Below are positions 42,723 through 49,881 of a stretch of DNA of 64,000 bases, one piece after another. The DNA comes from an uncultured Candidatus Saccharibacteria bacterium (GTDB lineage Bacteria > Patescibacteriota > Minisyncoccia > Phycocordibacterales > JACOZG01), in contig CAYNPK010000001.1 in the NCBI GenBank assembly GCA_964399075.1, positions 268,400-332,399 on the forward strand, in the 5' to 3' direction. The stretch's first letter is position 1. Every line of letters starts with the position of its first letter. Both the position numbers and the translations under genes were made by a program. The notes under the pieces are model-generated. The model did not search any database and was not told where the DNA came from. It saw only the letters and a list, made by a program, of their open reading frames with translations.

Positions 42723-43745
42723 CTATCTGTTGTCAATCAAAATGGGAAAGGCAATATTGAGAGCCTCCAGAACTTTAGTTTTGGCTTCCAGTAAAGGCAA
42801 CTTCATAGTAGCACCAACAGCAGCGCGATGACCACCGCCACCGACGAGAGTGACAAATTTAGTTAAGTCAAAAACCTGACCATCTCTAGTCCGAGCGCTT
42901 AATTTAACTTGACCAGCTTGCCACTCAAACAAAGTGATGCCAATGTCCCAACCTCGAACTGATTTTAAAATATTAGCAATAGACACACCCCGAGAGGCAT
43001 TCTCATCGAGGTGATGACTCGCTAATTCTTGATGAGACAAAGCCACGATAGCTACCCTATCGCCACGATAAGTTTGAATGGAACTAAACGCCAAACCCTG
43101 GAGATGGAGCGATTCAGGATTATTATTATTTTCTAACTTAAAAATCGTCTGATGATAATCAGGGACAATACTAGCCAAGCGCGAGGCTACCAGCAAAGTG
43201 TTGGGAGTGGTAGCCGGGTATTTGAATCCGCCAGTATCAGTATAAATTCCAAGAAATAAACAAGTGGCCATGTCAGGGGTAATTTCCGCTCCCCAAGCGA
43301 CAAATAATTCGTAGAGAATTTGAGCAGTCGCTGGATAATCAGCTAGAATTAAATTAATTTTAGCAAAAGGCGCATTCGTCAAATGATGATCAATCAAAAT
43401 AGTAGTCATCGTGTCGGGGAAATTTACTGGACCAAGATCAGTCACTCGTCTAATATCAGAAATATCTAACATGATAAACAAATCAAATTCACTTGGTTCA
43501 ATTTCCAAATAATTTTTAGCAACAATCACTTCCGCCCCGGGTAGAAACTCGGCGAAATCCGGCACTGGGGAATCACCCTTGATCACCATCACCTCCTTCC
43601 CCAACCCCCGCAAATAATGAAACATCGCCAGAGAGCTACCAACGCTATCAGGATCGGGGTGGGGGTGGAAGTGCAACAACACTCGCTTGGCGCGATTGAT
43701 AGCAGAGAAAATCTCTGTCGCTTTATCGGTAAATGAGTTGGGCAT
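42723..43745 (-). CDS. DHH/DHHA1 phosphoesterase (NrnA-like)
   Basis: HPHPDPDSVGS, IDHH, DTGGF and GGGHRAA. The start was set at ATG 43745. Confidence 0.92.
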   Translation of the reverse strand: MPNSFTDKATEIFSAINRAKRVLLHFHPHPDPDSVGSSLAMFHYLRGLGKEVMVIKGDSPVPDFAEFLPGAEVIVAKNYLEIEPSEFDLFIMLDISDIRRVTDLGPVNFPDTMTTILIDHHLTNAPFAKINLILADYPATAQILYELFVAWGAEITPDMATCLFLGIYTDTGGFKYPATTPNTLLVASRLASIVPDYHQTIFKLENNNNPESLHLQGLAFSSIQTYRGDRVAIVALSHQELASHHLDENASRGVSIANILKSVRGWDIGITLFEWQAGQVKLSARTRDGQVFDLTKFVTLVGGGGHRAAVGATMKLPLLEAKTKVLEALNIAFPILIDNR

Positions 43746-43752
43746 AATTAAC

Positions 43753-44784
43753 TTAGAACAGTATACCACCACTTTGAGATCTGTGGATGATTTTCTGCTT
43801 AAGTTTCCAGCCATTACCATGTGTCAGCATCCCCAAATATGATTGCGCTACTTCCGGCCGGCTAGCGACCATTTCTAATCGTTTCAACATTCTTCTCTTT
43901 GTTACTGTTCGCAGAACACGATATCTAGGAAAATTTACCCAACCAAGAAAATCAACACCCGAAGCAATCGTTTTCACAAAGACTTTATTCGGATGTAATT
44001 CTAACTTCAATTTTTCTGCCAAAAAATCACTAATTTTAGGTGTCATTTCTAGTAAATAATCTTGATCACAATCGATAATTACAAAATCGTCAGCGTAACG
44101 AAGATAGTGTCTAGCTTTTAATTGATGCTTCATAAACTGATCTAGTTCACTCAGGTAAATATTAGCGAAAAGTTGCGAGGTGAGATTACCAAGGGGTAAA
44201 CCCTTCTTCGAGACACCAGAGTTAAAACTGCAAACTACTTTTTCAATCAAACAGAAGATATTTTTATCTAAGATTTCTCCTTTCAATAAACCAAGCAATA
44301 TTTCTTGATCAATACTAGCGAAAAATTTACGAATATCGCACTTCAATACCCACACTGCTTTAGTATTATTGCGACAAAGTTTGAAAGTTTTATCAGCAAA
44401 TTTTCTGACCGCTTTATGCGTACCTTTGCCATTTCGACAAGAATAAGAATCGTAAATAAATCGAGAGTGGAAATACGGATAGAGAATTCGATAGATAGCC
44501 CGGTGAACCACACGGTCGCGAACATTGGCTTTGTGAATCTGGCGAGGCTTGGGATCGGAAATACGGAAAGCGCGATAGGAAGAATGCTGATAGGTTTGTT
44601 GAGTTAACTCTTGGTTTAATGCTAGGATATTATCCGCCAGCCGAAGCGAGAATGTTTGCACCTCACGCTTGCCTCGTTTGCCACGCGCGAAATCTCGCCA
44701 AGCTAGAAATAAATTATCAACCGAAATAACATCGTTATACTTATGACTCAACCCTTTCCCTCTAAGACCCCCCCCCCAGCGCAA
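43753..44784 (-). CDS. DGR-type reverse transcriptase (start uncertain)
   Basis: DPKPRQI, RDRVVH, SYSCR.GKGTH, KCDIRKFF.SID, LPLGNLTSQLFANIYL (GxxxSQ), RYADD and GVDFLG. Confidence 0.95.
   Translation of the reverse strand: MRWGGGLRGKGLSHKYNDVISVDNLFLAWRDFARGKRGKREVQTFSLRLADNILALNQELTQQTYQHSSYRAFRISDPKPRQIHKANVRDRVVHRAIYRILYPYFHSRFIYDSYSCRNGKGTHKAVRKFADKTFKLCRNNTKAVWVLKCDIRKFFASIDQEILLGLLKGEILDKNIFCLIEKVVCSFNSGVSKKGLPLGNLTSQLFANIYLSELDQFMKHQLKARHYLRYADDFVIIDCDQDYLLEMTPKISDFLAEKLKLELHPNKVFVKTIASGVDFLGWVNFPRYRVLRTVTKRRMLKRLEMVASRPEVAQSYLGMLTHGNGWKLKQKIIHRSQSGGILF
44768..44777. repeat. C10/G10 homopolymer at the RT/Avd head-to-head junction
   Basis: aagaCCCCCCCCCCagcg. Confidence 0.9.
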
Positions 44785-44786
44785 AT

Positions 44787-45173
44787 TTGAGCATCATCCA
44801 ACGACTTTTGCAAACTTATTGTTTGTGGCAGGAATTCGTTAAACATTTCCAAAAGACTAGCAAATATTCTCTGGGGATCAAAATTGATCAATTATTAGTG
44901 GAAGTTTTGGAATTAACCAGCGCGGCCAGCTTCTCGCCCAAAGAAGAAAAACTACCCTATGTGAAGCGCGCGATTATTAAATTAGACACTCTTAAATTTC
45001 TACTTCAAGTGGCCTGGGAAACAGGGTCATTGAACGAGAAGAGGTTCGCGTCCTTGTCACAACCACTAGCCGAGATTGGGAAGATGTTAGGTGGATGGCG
45101 CGGGCAACTCTTGAGACAGCTACCAATTACATCAAAACAAAACTCTCCCAGCATGAAGCCGAGAGAGAAATAA
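44787..45173 (+). CDS. avd: Avd-like four-helix-bundle accessory variability determinant
   Basis: FQKTSKYSLGIKID...LDTLKFLLQVAWE...EIGKMLGGW (Avd signature), adjacent to RT and TR. Confidence 0.9.
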   Translation: MSIIQRLLQTYCLWQEFVKHFQKTSKYSLGIKIDQLLVEVLELTSAASFSPKEEKLPYVKRAIIKLDTLKFLLQVAWETGSLNEKRFASLSQPLAEIGKMLGGWRGQLLRQLPITSKQNSPSMKPREK

Positions 45174-45510
45174 AGCAAGTTGCGACGGCCAGCGAACCAC
45201 CAGTTGTCATTCCAGTCATTGTCGTTGCAGTTGACGTTCACGTTGCGCTCGTCGTTCCAGTGGTTGAAGGCGTATTGTATAAAGTACCGCCCAAGTCATC
45301 ACCTCTTGTCGCCAAAACCGGGCGATTTGAGATTGCATATTATCCGGCATCTCCAATGCCTTAGCACTCTATACCAAGTAGCTTCATTTTTTATTGAAGT
45401 GTCTTCGCAAGCCCTCCACCAGCAATCGTAATTGCCAGAGTTCTCAACTTGCGGATACTGGATTCGGTGGCGAAAGTCGTAACTATTCGCATATTCACCG
45501 ACTACCGCAA
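45134..45510 (-). ncRNA. Putative DGR template RNA: structured 5' leader + TR + 3' hairpin/U-tract
   Basis: Extended -10 TGCTAGGAT at 45521-45513, at least five hairpins between 45309 and 45510, and a hairpin at 45143-45167 followed by TTTTGTTTT. Confidence 0.6.
45180..45272 (-). repeat. DGR template repeat (TR)
   Basis: Intergenic AAC-rich 93-mer with 26 adenines on the minus strand. It matches VR1 and VR2 except at adenines. Confidence 0.95.
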
Positions 45511-45527
45511 CCATCCTAGCACAAACG

Positions 45528-45576
45528 AAAAGGGCCCCGCATCTCATCTGTGGTTAGACAGAAAAATGCGGGGCCC
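45528..45576 (-). terminator. Hairpin/terminator downstream of DGR target 1
   Basis: gggccccgcat...atgcggggccc 11-bp stem followed by a U4 tail on the minus strand. Confidence 0.7.
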
Positions 45577-45629
45577 AAGGACTAAGGTCAAAGGATCTAA
45601 AAGATCCAATGGCCAAAGTCCACAAAGAA

Positions 45630-46247
45630 CTACTTGCGACGGCCAGCGAACCACCAGCTGTCATTCCAGTCATTGTCGTTGCAGTAGACGTTCACGTTGC
45701 GCTCGTCGTTCCAGTGGTTGAAGGCGATAAAACGCCACTTGCCATCCTCGCCCTTCCAGTGGGTACCGTTCGGTTTCTCCTTCGCGAAATTGGGATCGGC
45801 GGCATTGACGGCCGCCAAATCGTCTGGGAAAGCGGGTACGAGACCGCGGAGATCAAATTCCTTCTCGAGCTCATCGTCGCTCACGTAACGGCCGAGGTGG
45901 AAGAAGAAAACCCCCGCCTCTTCGCCGGTGCCCCTGGGCATGGAATCCACCACCTCGCTGTCGGTATACTGCCTTCTGCCGGTGGCGTCGAGTACCTCCT
46001 GGGGAGTGAGGCTACGGTTAATCGGGACGCGACGGATGATGAGGTTGCTCTGGACCTCCACCCGCCGACGAAACTCCTGGACCACTGCGTCAGCGAACTC
46101 GGGCTGTCCGAGCACTGTCTGCACCGCCACTGACTCGAACTCTTTGCCGTGCTTTTCGAGCCACACTCGGCAATTGTTCAGAAATTTGTCGATCTGACCG
46201 GCAGTCGTGGTTTTGGACTCTCTGGATGGGGTCATGGATTTCGCCAT
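45630..46247 (-). CDS. DGR target protein 1 (C-terminal VR, probable CLec-like fold)
   Basis: Ends ...AFNHWNDERNVNVYCNDNDWNDSWWFAGRRK, encoded by VR1. AGGAGG SD precedes ATG 46247. Confidence 0.9.
   Translation of the reverse strand: MAKSMTPSRESKTTTAGQIDKFLNNCRVWLEKHGKEFESVAVQTVLGQPEFADAVVQEFRRRVEVQSNLIIRRVPINRSLTPQEVLDATGRRQYTDSEVVDSMPRGTGEEAGVFFFHLGRYVSDDELEKEFDLRGLVPAFPDDLAAVNAADPNFAKEKPNGTHWKGEDGKWRFIAFNHWNDERNVNVYCNDNDWNDSWWFAGRRK
45634..45726 (-). repeat. DGR variable repeat VR1
   Basis: 93-nt match to TR with 2 mismatches (AAC>TAC, AAC>AGC), both at adenines. Confidence 0.95.
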
Positions 46248-46310
46248 GGCGTCATCCTCCTTTCGTTTTCTGGTCGTTTCTAGTTCCCGCGGGTTGGCAC
46301 TCGCCAATCC

Positions 46311-46364
46311 AAATCAAAGAACAGGTACTCTCCTTAGTATATACTATTGGGAAGAGGTTGTCAA
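46311..46364 (-). promoter_or_regulatory. Near-consensus sigma70 promoter plus boxA-like motif for target 1
   Basis: TTGACA (46364-59), 17 nt, TATACT (46341-36), then GTTCTTTGATTT (46322-11). Confidence 0.8.
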
Positions 46365-46505
46365 GAGCAGATAACCAAAACTAAAATAAGCCTTAAAACA
46401 AGGCTAGATTCGATAAATATGACTATATTGTATCAAACAAAAACCCCCCTGCCACCAGCAGAGGGGTGAGGGCCCGAGGTGTTCTGTAGGATCACCTTCT
46501 TTCTG

Positions 46506-46724
46506 TCACTTGGGAACAGTGACCACCCGTCGAGAAGCCACCGCTTCACAGTAACCAGAGATGTCCTTGGGAAGTACGCCGGACTCATTGTATCGGAGCA
46601 TGATCTGCCTAGCAACCTCCTTTCTAACATCATCATTACCGAACATTCTCTTAGACAGAATCAGGTCTACCAATTCTAAGGGTGATAGACTTAGATTCTC
46701 CACCATTCCCTTAAAGGCCTCCAT
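46506..46724 (-). CDS. Small orphan protein (72 aa)
   Basis: AAGGAGG SD, TATAAT upstream and a hairpin plus U-run downstream at about 46440-46467. Confidence 0.55.
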   Translation of the reverse strand: MEAFKGMVENLSLSPLELVDLILSKRMFGNDDVRKEVARQIMLRYNESGVLPKDISGYCEAVASRRVVTVPK

Positions 46725-46754
46725 GACTTTCCTCCTTGAAAAGTGCCAAAGTAA

Positions 46755-47291
46755 TTATATCACTGATGCCTGATTAATTACCAATTTTGTTTCGGGAATT
46801 ATTGATCCACTGTTCATCTTAAAGCGGTCATCGACAAAAATCTCTCCCGTATCTAGGAATCCGAGCTTTTTATAAAACCTAAGAGCCTTCTCGTTGTAAA
46901 CAGCAACTTTCACAATTATATCTTTGTCTTTGCTAAAAAACTTTAAAGCTTCAGTCCAAAATATTTTGCCAATTCCCATTCTTTGATACTCCGGCAGTAC
47001 ATAAAGAGCTTTCAATTCCCCAACATCTTCATGTTTGATTAGACGACAAACCCCCACCACCCTTTCACCATCTTTTGCGTTTAAAAATTTTTCATTGCTG
47101 GGCAAGTTCATAATCTGCTTTTTCTTTTTCTCTAACACCTCAGCCGTTTTACTATTCTGAAAAAAAATTTCAATATCTTTCTTGCTTATTCCATATTCTT
47201 CGTTTGGATAAGTATCAAGCCAAGTAAGATAAAAAACTTCACTATTACCCAAAACATCTTCTGGCTTTGCATCCTGGATGGTTATATTCAT
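46755..47291 (-). CDS. GNAT family N-acetyltransferase
   Basis: LYVLPEYQRMGIGK and NEKALRFYKKLGF. Confidence 0.9.
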   Translation of the reverse strand: MNITIQDAKPEDVLGNSEVFYLTWLDTYPNEEYGISKKDIEIFFQNSKTAEVLEKKKKQIMNLPSNEKFLNAKDGERVVGVCRLIKHEDVGELKALYVLPEYQRMGIGKIFWTEALKFFSKDKDIIVKVAVYNEKALRFYKKLGFLDTGEIFVDDRFKMNSGSIIPETKLVINQASVI

Positions 47292-47318
47292 ACAAAAAAG
47301 TATAACATCTATCTCTTA

Positions 47319-47391
47319 GGGTGCCTGGAGGGAATCGAACCCTCATTACCGCCTCCACAGGGCGGAGTTTTACCACTAAACTACAGGCACC
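47319..47391 (-). tRNA. tRNA-His(GTG)
   Basis: Cloverleaf with anticodon arm CCGCC-CT-GTG-GA-GGCGG and T-loop GGTTCGATTCC. Confidence 0.93.
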
Positions 47392-47396
47392 ATGTT

Positions 47397-47942
47397 TTAT
47401 TGATAAGTTGGCGACTCTTCCTTTATACCAGATTGGTGATTGGCTAGTCTAGCTAGGGCGTACAAGATTGAAGACAAACGATTGAGATAAGCCAAACTAT
47501 GCTCACCCACCGCCTCCGGACAAGCTACCACGCGTCGTTCCGCTCGACGAGCAATGGTACGAGCGTAATCCAAGTAAGCCGAAAGTGGAGTACCACCAGA
47601 AACGAAGAAGGATTTAATTGGTGGTAATATTTTTTCAATCTCGCCAATTAAGTGACCTAGAGCTTCCACCTTATCACCACTAACCGTTTTGGGGGCGCCA
47701 GCCAACTCGGCTTGGATGATAAACAAATTCTGTTGAACTTCATTCAGAACATCTAGCACTGCGCGCCCGACACAAACAAACTTCTTGGCTTCAGCTTCCA
47801 CCTTACACACTCCGAGCCAGGAATTAACCTCATCAACAGTCCCCAAGGCTTCAATCAAGGCCGAGCTCTTAGCCAAGCGTTGTTTGCAAGCAAACAAACT
47901 GGTGTCACCTTTATCACCTCGACCAGTATACAACATACCCAA
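47397..47942 (-). CDS. ATP:cob(I)alamin adenosyltransferase, PduO type
   Basis: LYTGRGDKGDTSL, GTVDEVNS, RTIARRAER and YLNRLSS. Confidence 0.9.
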   Translation of the reverse strand: MGMLYTGRGDKGDTSLFACKQRLAKSSALIEALGTVDEVNSWLGVCKVEAEAKKFVCVGRAVLDVLNEVQQNLFIIQAELAGAPKTVSGDKVEALGHLIGEIEKILPPIKSFFVSGGTPLSAYLDYARTIARRAERRVVACPEAVGEHSLAYLNRLSSILYALARLANHQSGIKEESPTYQ

Positions 47943-48028
47943 ACAGCTTAGCTTGTTTGAAACGCTATTTCAAGGGAAAAATAAAGTAGAACGGAAAAGC
48001 GCCCCCCTATGATAAGAAGAGCGCTGTT

Positions 48029-48343
48029 TTACAGCCAGAAGCGACATGTGGGGAAAAGCAGACCCTGCACCTGCTTTTTCATGTGGCCATCTGGCTTCTT
48101 GGGTGGCGGTGGTGAATGAGGAGAGAGATCCGGCTGTGATTCTGGACGAGCGTCAAAGCTGACGCCATGCTCAAGCCAGATCTGCTCCGCCGAAACATCA
48201 CAACCGTAAAACTGAAGGCAAAACCGATGTCGGGCATTATTTAAAGCCTGCTGTCTTGTTTTTGCCCTGGTGGTAATAAAAAAGGTGGACTCACCATTCC
48301 TGTCGACGACGAAGACTTTCCAGACAATGGCCGGTAATGCCAT
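48029..48343 (-). CDS. Orphan hypothetical protein
   Basis: AAAGGGG SD, TTGCTT-17-TATAAT promoter (48432-48404), boxA-like GTTCTTTAACAA (48370-59) and a downstream hairpin. Confidence 0.55.
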   Translation of the reverse strand: MALPAIVWKVFVVDRNGESTFFITTRAKTRQQALNNARHRFCLQFYGCDVSAEQIWLEHGVSFDARPESQPDLSPHSPPPPKKPDGHMKKQVQGLLFPTCRFWL

Positions 48344-48501
48344 CGGCACACCCCTTTCTTGTTAAAGAACCAAGATCAAATCAACATTTAACGATCTAAT
48401 ATAATTATACACTAACTATCTAGAAAAAGCAAGTGGAGTAATTCTTACCTCACATTAGAGCAGAAATTATTGCTAGAGCGACAATAAAAATTAGAAGATA
48501 T

Positions 48502-49719
48502 TTAATTATTTCCGGCATGAACAATAATTTTAACAAAACGACGTTTGCCAATTTTTAAGATCAAATCAGCTTGGGGAGAGAAATCAGGATCAGTAATTTT
48601 AACCTCCTCCTCATCACGCACCGCTCCGGCCAACACCAGCCGACGCCATTCGGCCTTGGAGGCGACAACGCCAGCCTTAATTAAATCAGCAACTAGAGAT
48701 TGAGGATCACTAAGCGTGACTATTTGGAGATCTTCTGGCAAACCACTCTGTTGGAAGACTTGATTAAATTCTGCTTCGGCCAATTTAGCTGACTCAATGC
48801 CGTAAAATTGTTTAACAACTTCCAGAGCCGCGCGCGCCTTAGCTAACCTCGGACCTAGAGCCATAATGCTTTCGATCTCTCCAAGCGGAATTCTAGTGTT
48901 GTTAACCAAAAAGATTTTAATCATCTCATCGGGTTGAGCCATAATCGCACCAAACAATTCCTGGGGTGGAGAAGAGAGGAAGACGCCCGTGCCCTTGCTC
49001 TTAGACATCAGCTCGCCAGTTTTGGGATTAGCGATCAAGCCGGCGACAACAATAAACTTCTCCTTATCTTTCAAGCGCTTCATCAAAGTCCGGCCAGCTA
49101 GAGCATTGAAGGTTTGATCCGTGCCACATAATTCCACATCAACATCCATGGCCACGCTGTCGTAACCCTGCATCAGAGGATAGAGAAATTCGTGCAGGTG
49201 GATAGGTTTGCCACTCTCTAACCTCTGCTCAAACATATCTCGCTCCAGCATTTGCTGAACAGTAAAGTTGCTAGCCAGATCAAGAACTTGCTCGAAATTT
49301 AATTGCCCCAACCAATTTGAATTGAATCTTATTTGCACCGGATTCTCGCTATCCTCAAAGTCAACTAAATTTTTGACTTGATTCTTCCAGTTTTTAAAAT
49401 TTTCTTGCACCTGTTCTCTAGTTTGTCGAGGTCGAGCAGATAGCTTATCGCCCGGATCACCGATCATGGCTGTAAAGTCACCAATGAGGAAAATCACCTC
49501 GTGGCCGAGCTTCCGGAAATCTTCCAATAACAATAAATTTTGCGCGTGTCCAAGATGGAGAGAAGTGGAAGTAGGATCCATGCCGATATAAAATCTTAAT
49601 TTTTCGCCCGACAAGAGACGCTTGAACAAACTCTCTTTAGAAGGCAAAACCTCAACGATAATACCGCGATTAAAAATCTCTTCTATTTTCGCTTTGTCGG
49701 TAACAATTGGTGTGGGCAT
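48502..49719 (-). CDS. tyrS: Tyrosyl-tRNA synthetase
   Basis: GMDPTSTSLHLGH, YPLMQGYD, GTDQTFN, LMSKS and a C-terminal S4-like GKRRF. Confidence 0.95.
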   Translation of the reverse strand: MPTPIVTDKAKIEEIFNRGIIVEVLPSKESLFKRLLSGEKLRFYIGMDPTSTSLHLGHAQNLLLLEDFRKLGHEVIFLIGDFTAMIGDPGDKLSARPRQTREQVQENFKNWKNQVKNLVDFEDSENPVQIRFNSNWLGQLNFEQVLDLASNFTVQQMLERDMFEQRLESGKPIHLHEFLYPLMQGYDSVAMDVDVELCGTDQTFNALAGRTLMKRLKDKEKFIVVAGLIANPKTGELMSKSKGTGVFLSSPPQELFGAIMAQPDEMIKIFLVNNTRIPLGEIESIMALGPRLAKARAALEVVKQFYGIESAKLAEAEFNQVFQQSGLPEDLQIVTLSDPQSLVADLIKAGVVASKAEWRRLVLAGAVRDEEEVKITDPDFSPQADLILKIGKRRFVKIIVHAGNN

Positions 49720-49729
49720 ATAAAATTAG

Positions 49730-49811
49730 TGCGCGGGAGAGGATTTGAACCTCCACGCCTTACGGCACACGCACCTCAAGCGTGCTTGGCTACCAGTTAC
49801 AACACCCGCGC
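49730..49811 (-). tRNA. tRNA-Leu(GAG)
   Basis: Anticodon arm CACGC-TT-GAG-GT-GCGTG, a long variable arm and GGTTCAAATCC. Confidence 0.93.
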
Positions 49812-49881
49812 GCGATAAAAAACTCTAGCTCTACCTATCTAACCCTATCAGTATTAAGCTTAAGGCTTTTGAACAAAAAAC

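Larger units (their letters stand above)
43753..46364 (-). mobile_element. Diversity-generating retroelement cassette (target-TR-avd[inverted]-RT)
   Basis: RT, Avd, TR and VR are co-located and show adenine-specific mismatches. Confidence 0.93.

Noticed and set aside
43753-44784. RT as a group II intron, retron or CRISPR-associated RT
   Set aside because: It is short with no maturase or endonuclease extension, has GxxxSQ, and is accompanied by Avd and an adenine-specific TR/VR pair. No CRISPR array or cas gene is visible in the window.
45005-45241. 78-aa minus-strand ORF resembling the target C-terminus
   Set aside because: It is the TR read in frame, continuing antisense into avd, with no credible start signal.
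45609-46133. 174-aa plus-strand ORF and other overlapping ORFs on the DGR targets
   Set aside because: These are antisense shadows of GC-rich target genes.
46248-46307. Apparent conserved N-terminal peptide ANPxELxTTRKRKE in both targets
   Set aside because: It is better explained as the conserved 5' leader: RKE is the AAAGGAG SD and proper starts follow it. Translation of this segment cannot be fully excluded.
43753-47391. DGR region as a prophage or island integrated at tRNA-His
   Set aside because: No integrase, phage genes or duplicated tRNA 3' end were seen, and the flanking genes are ordinary chromosomal genes.
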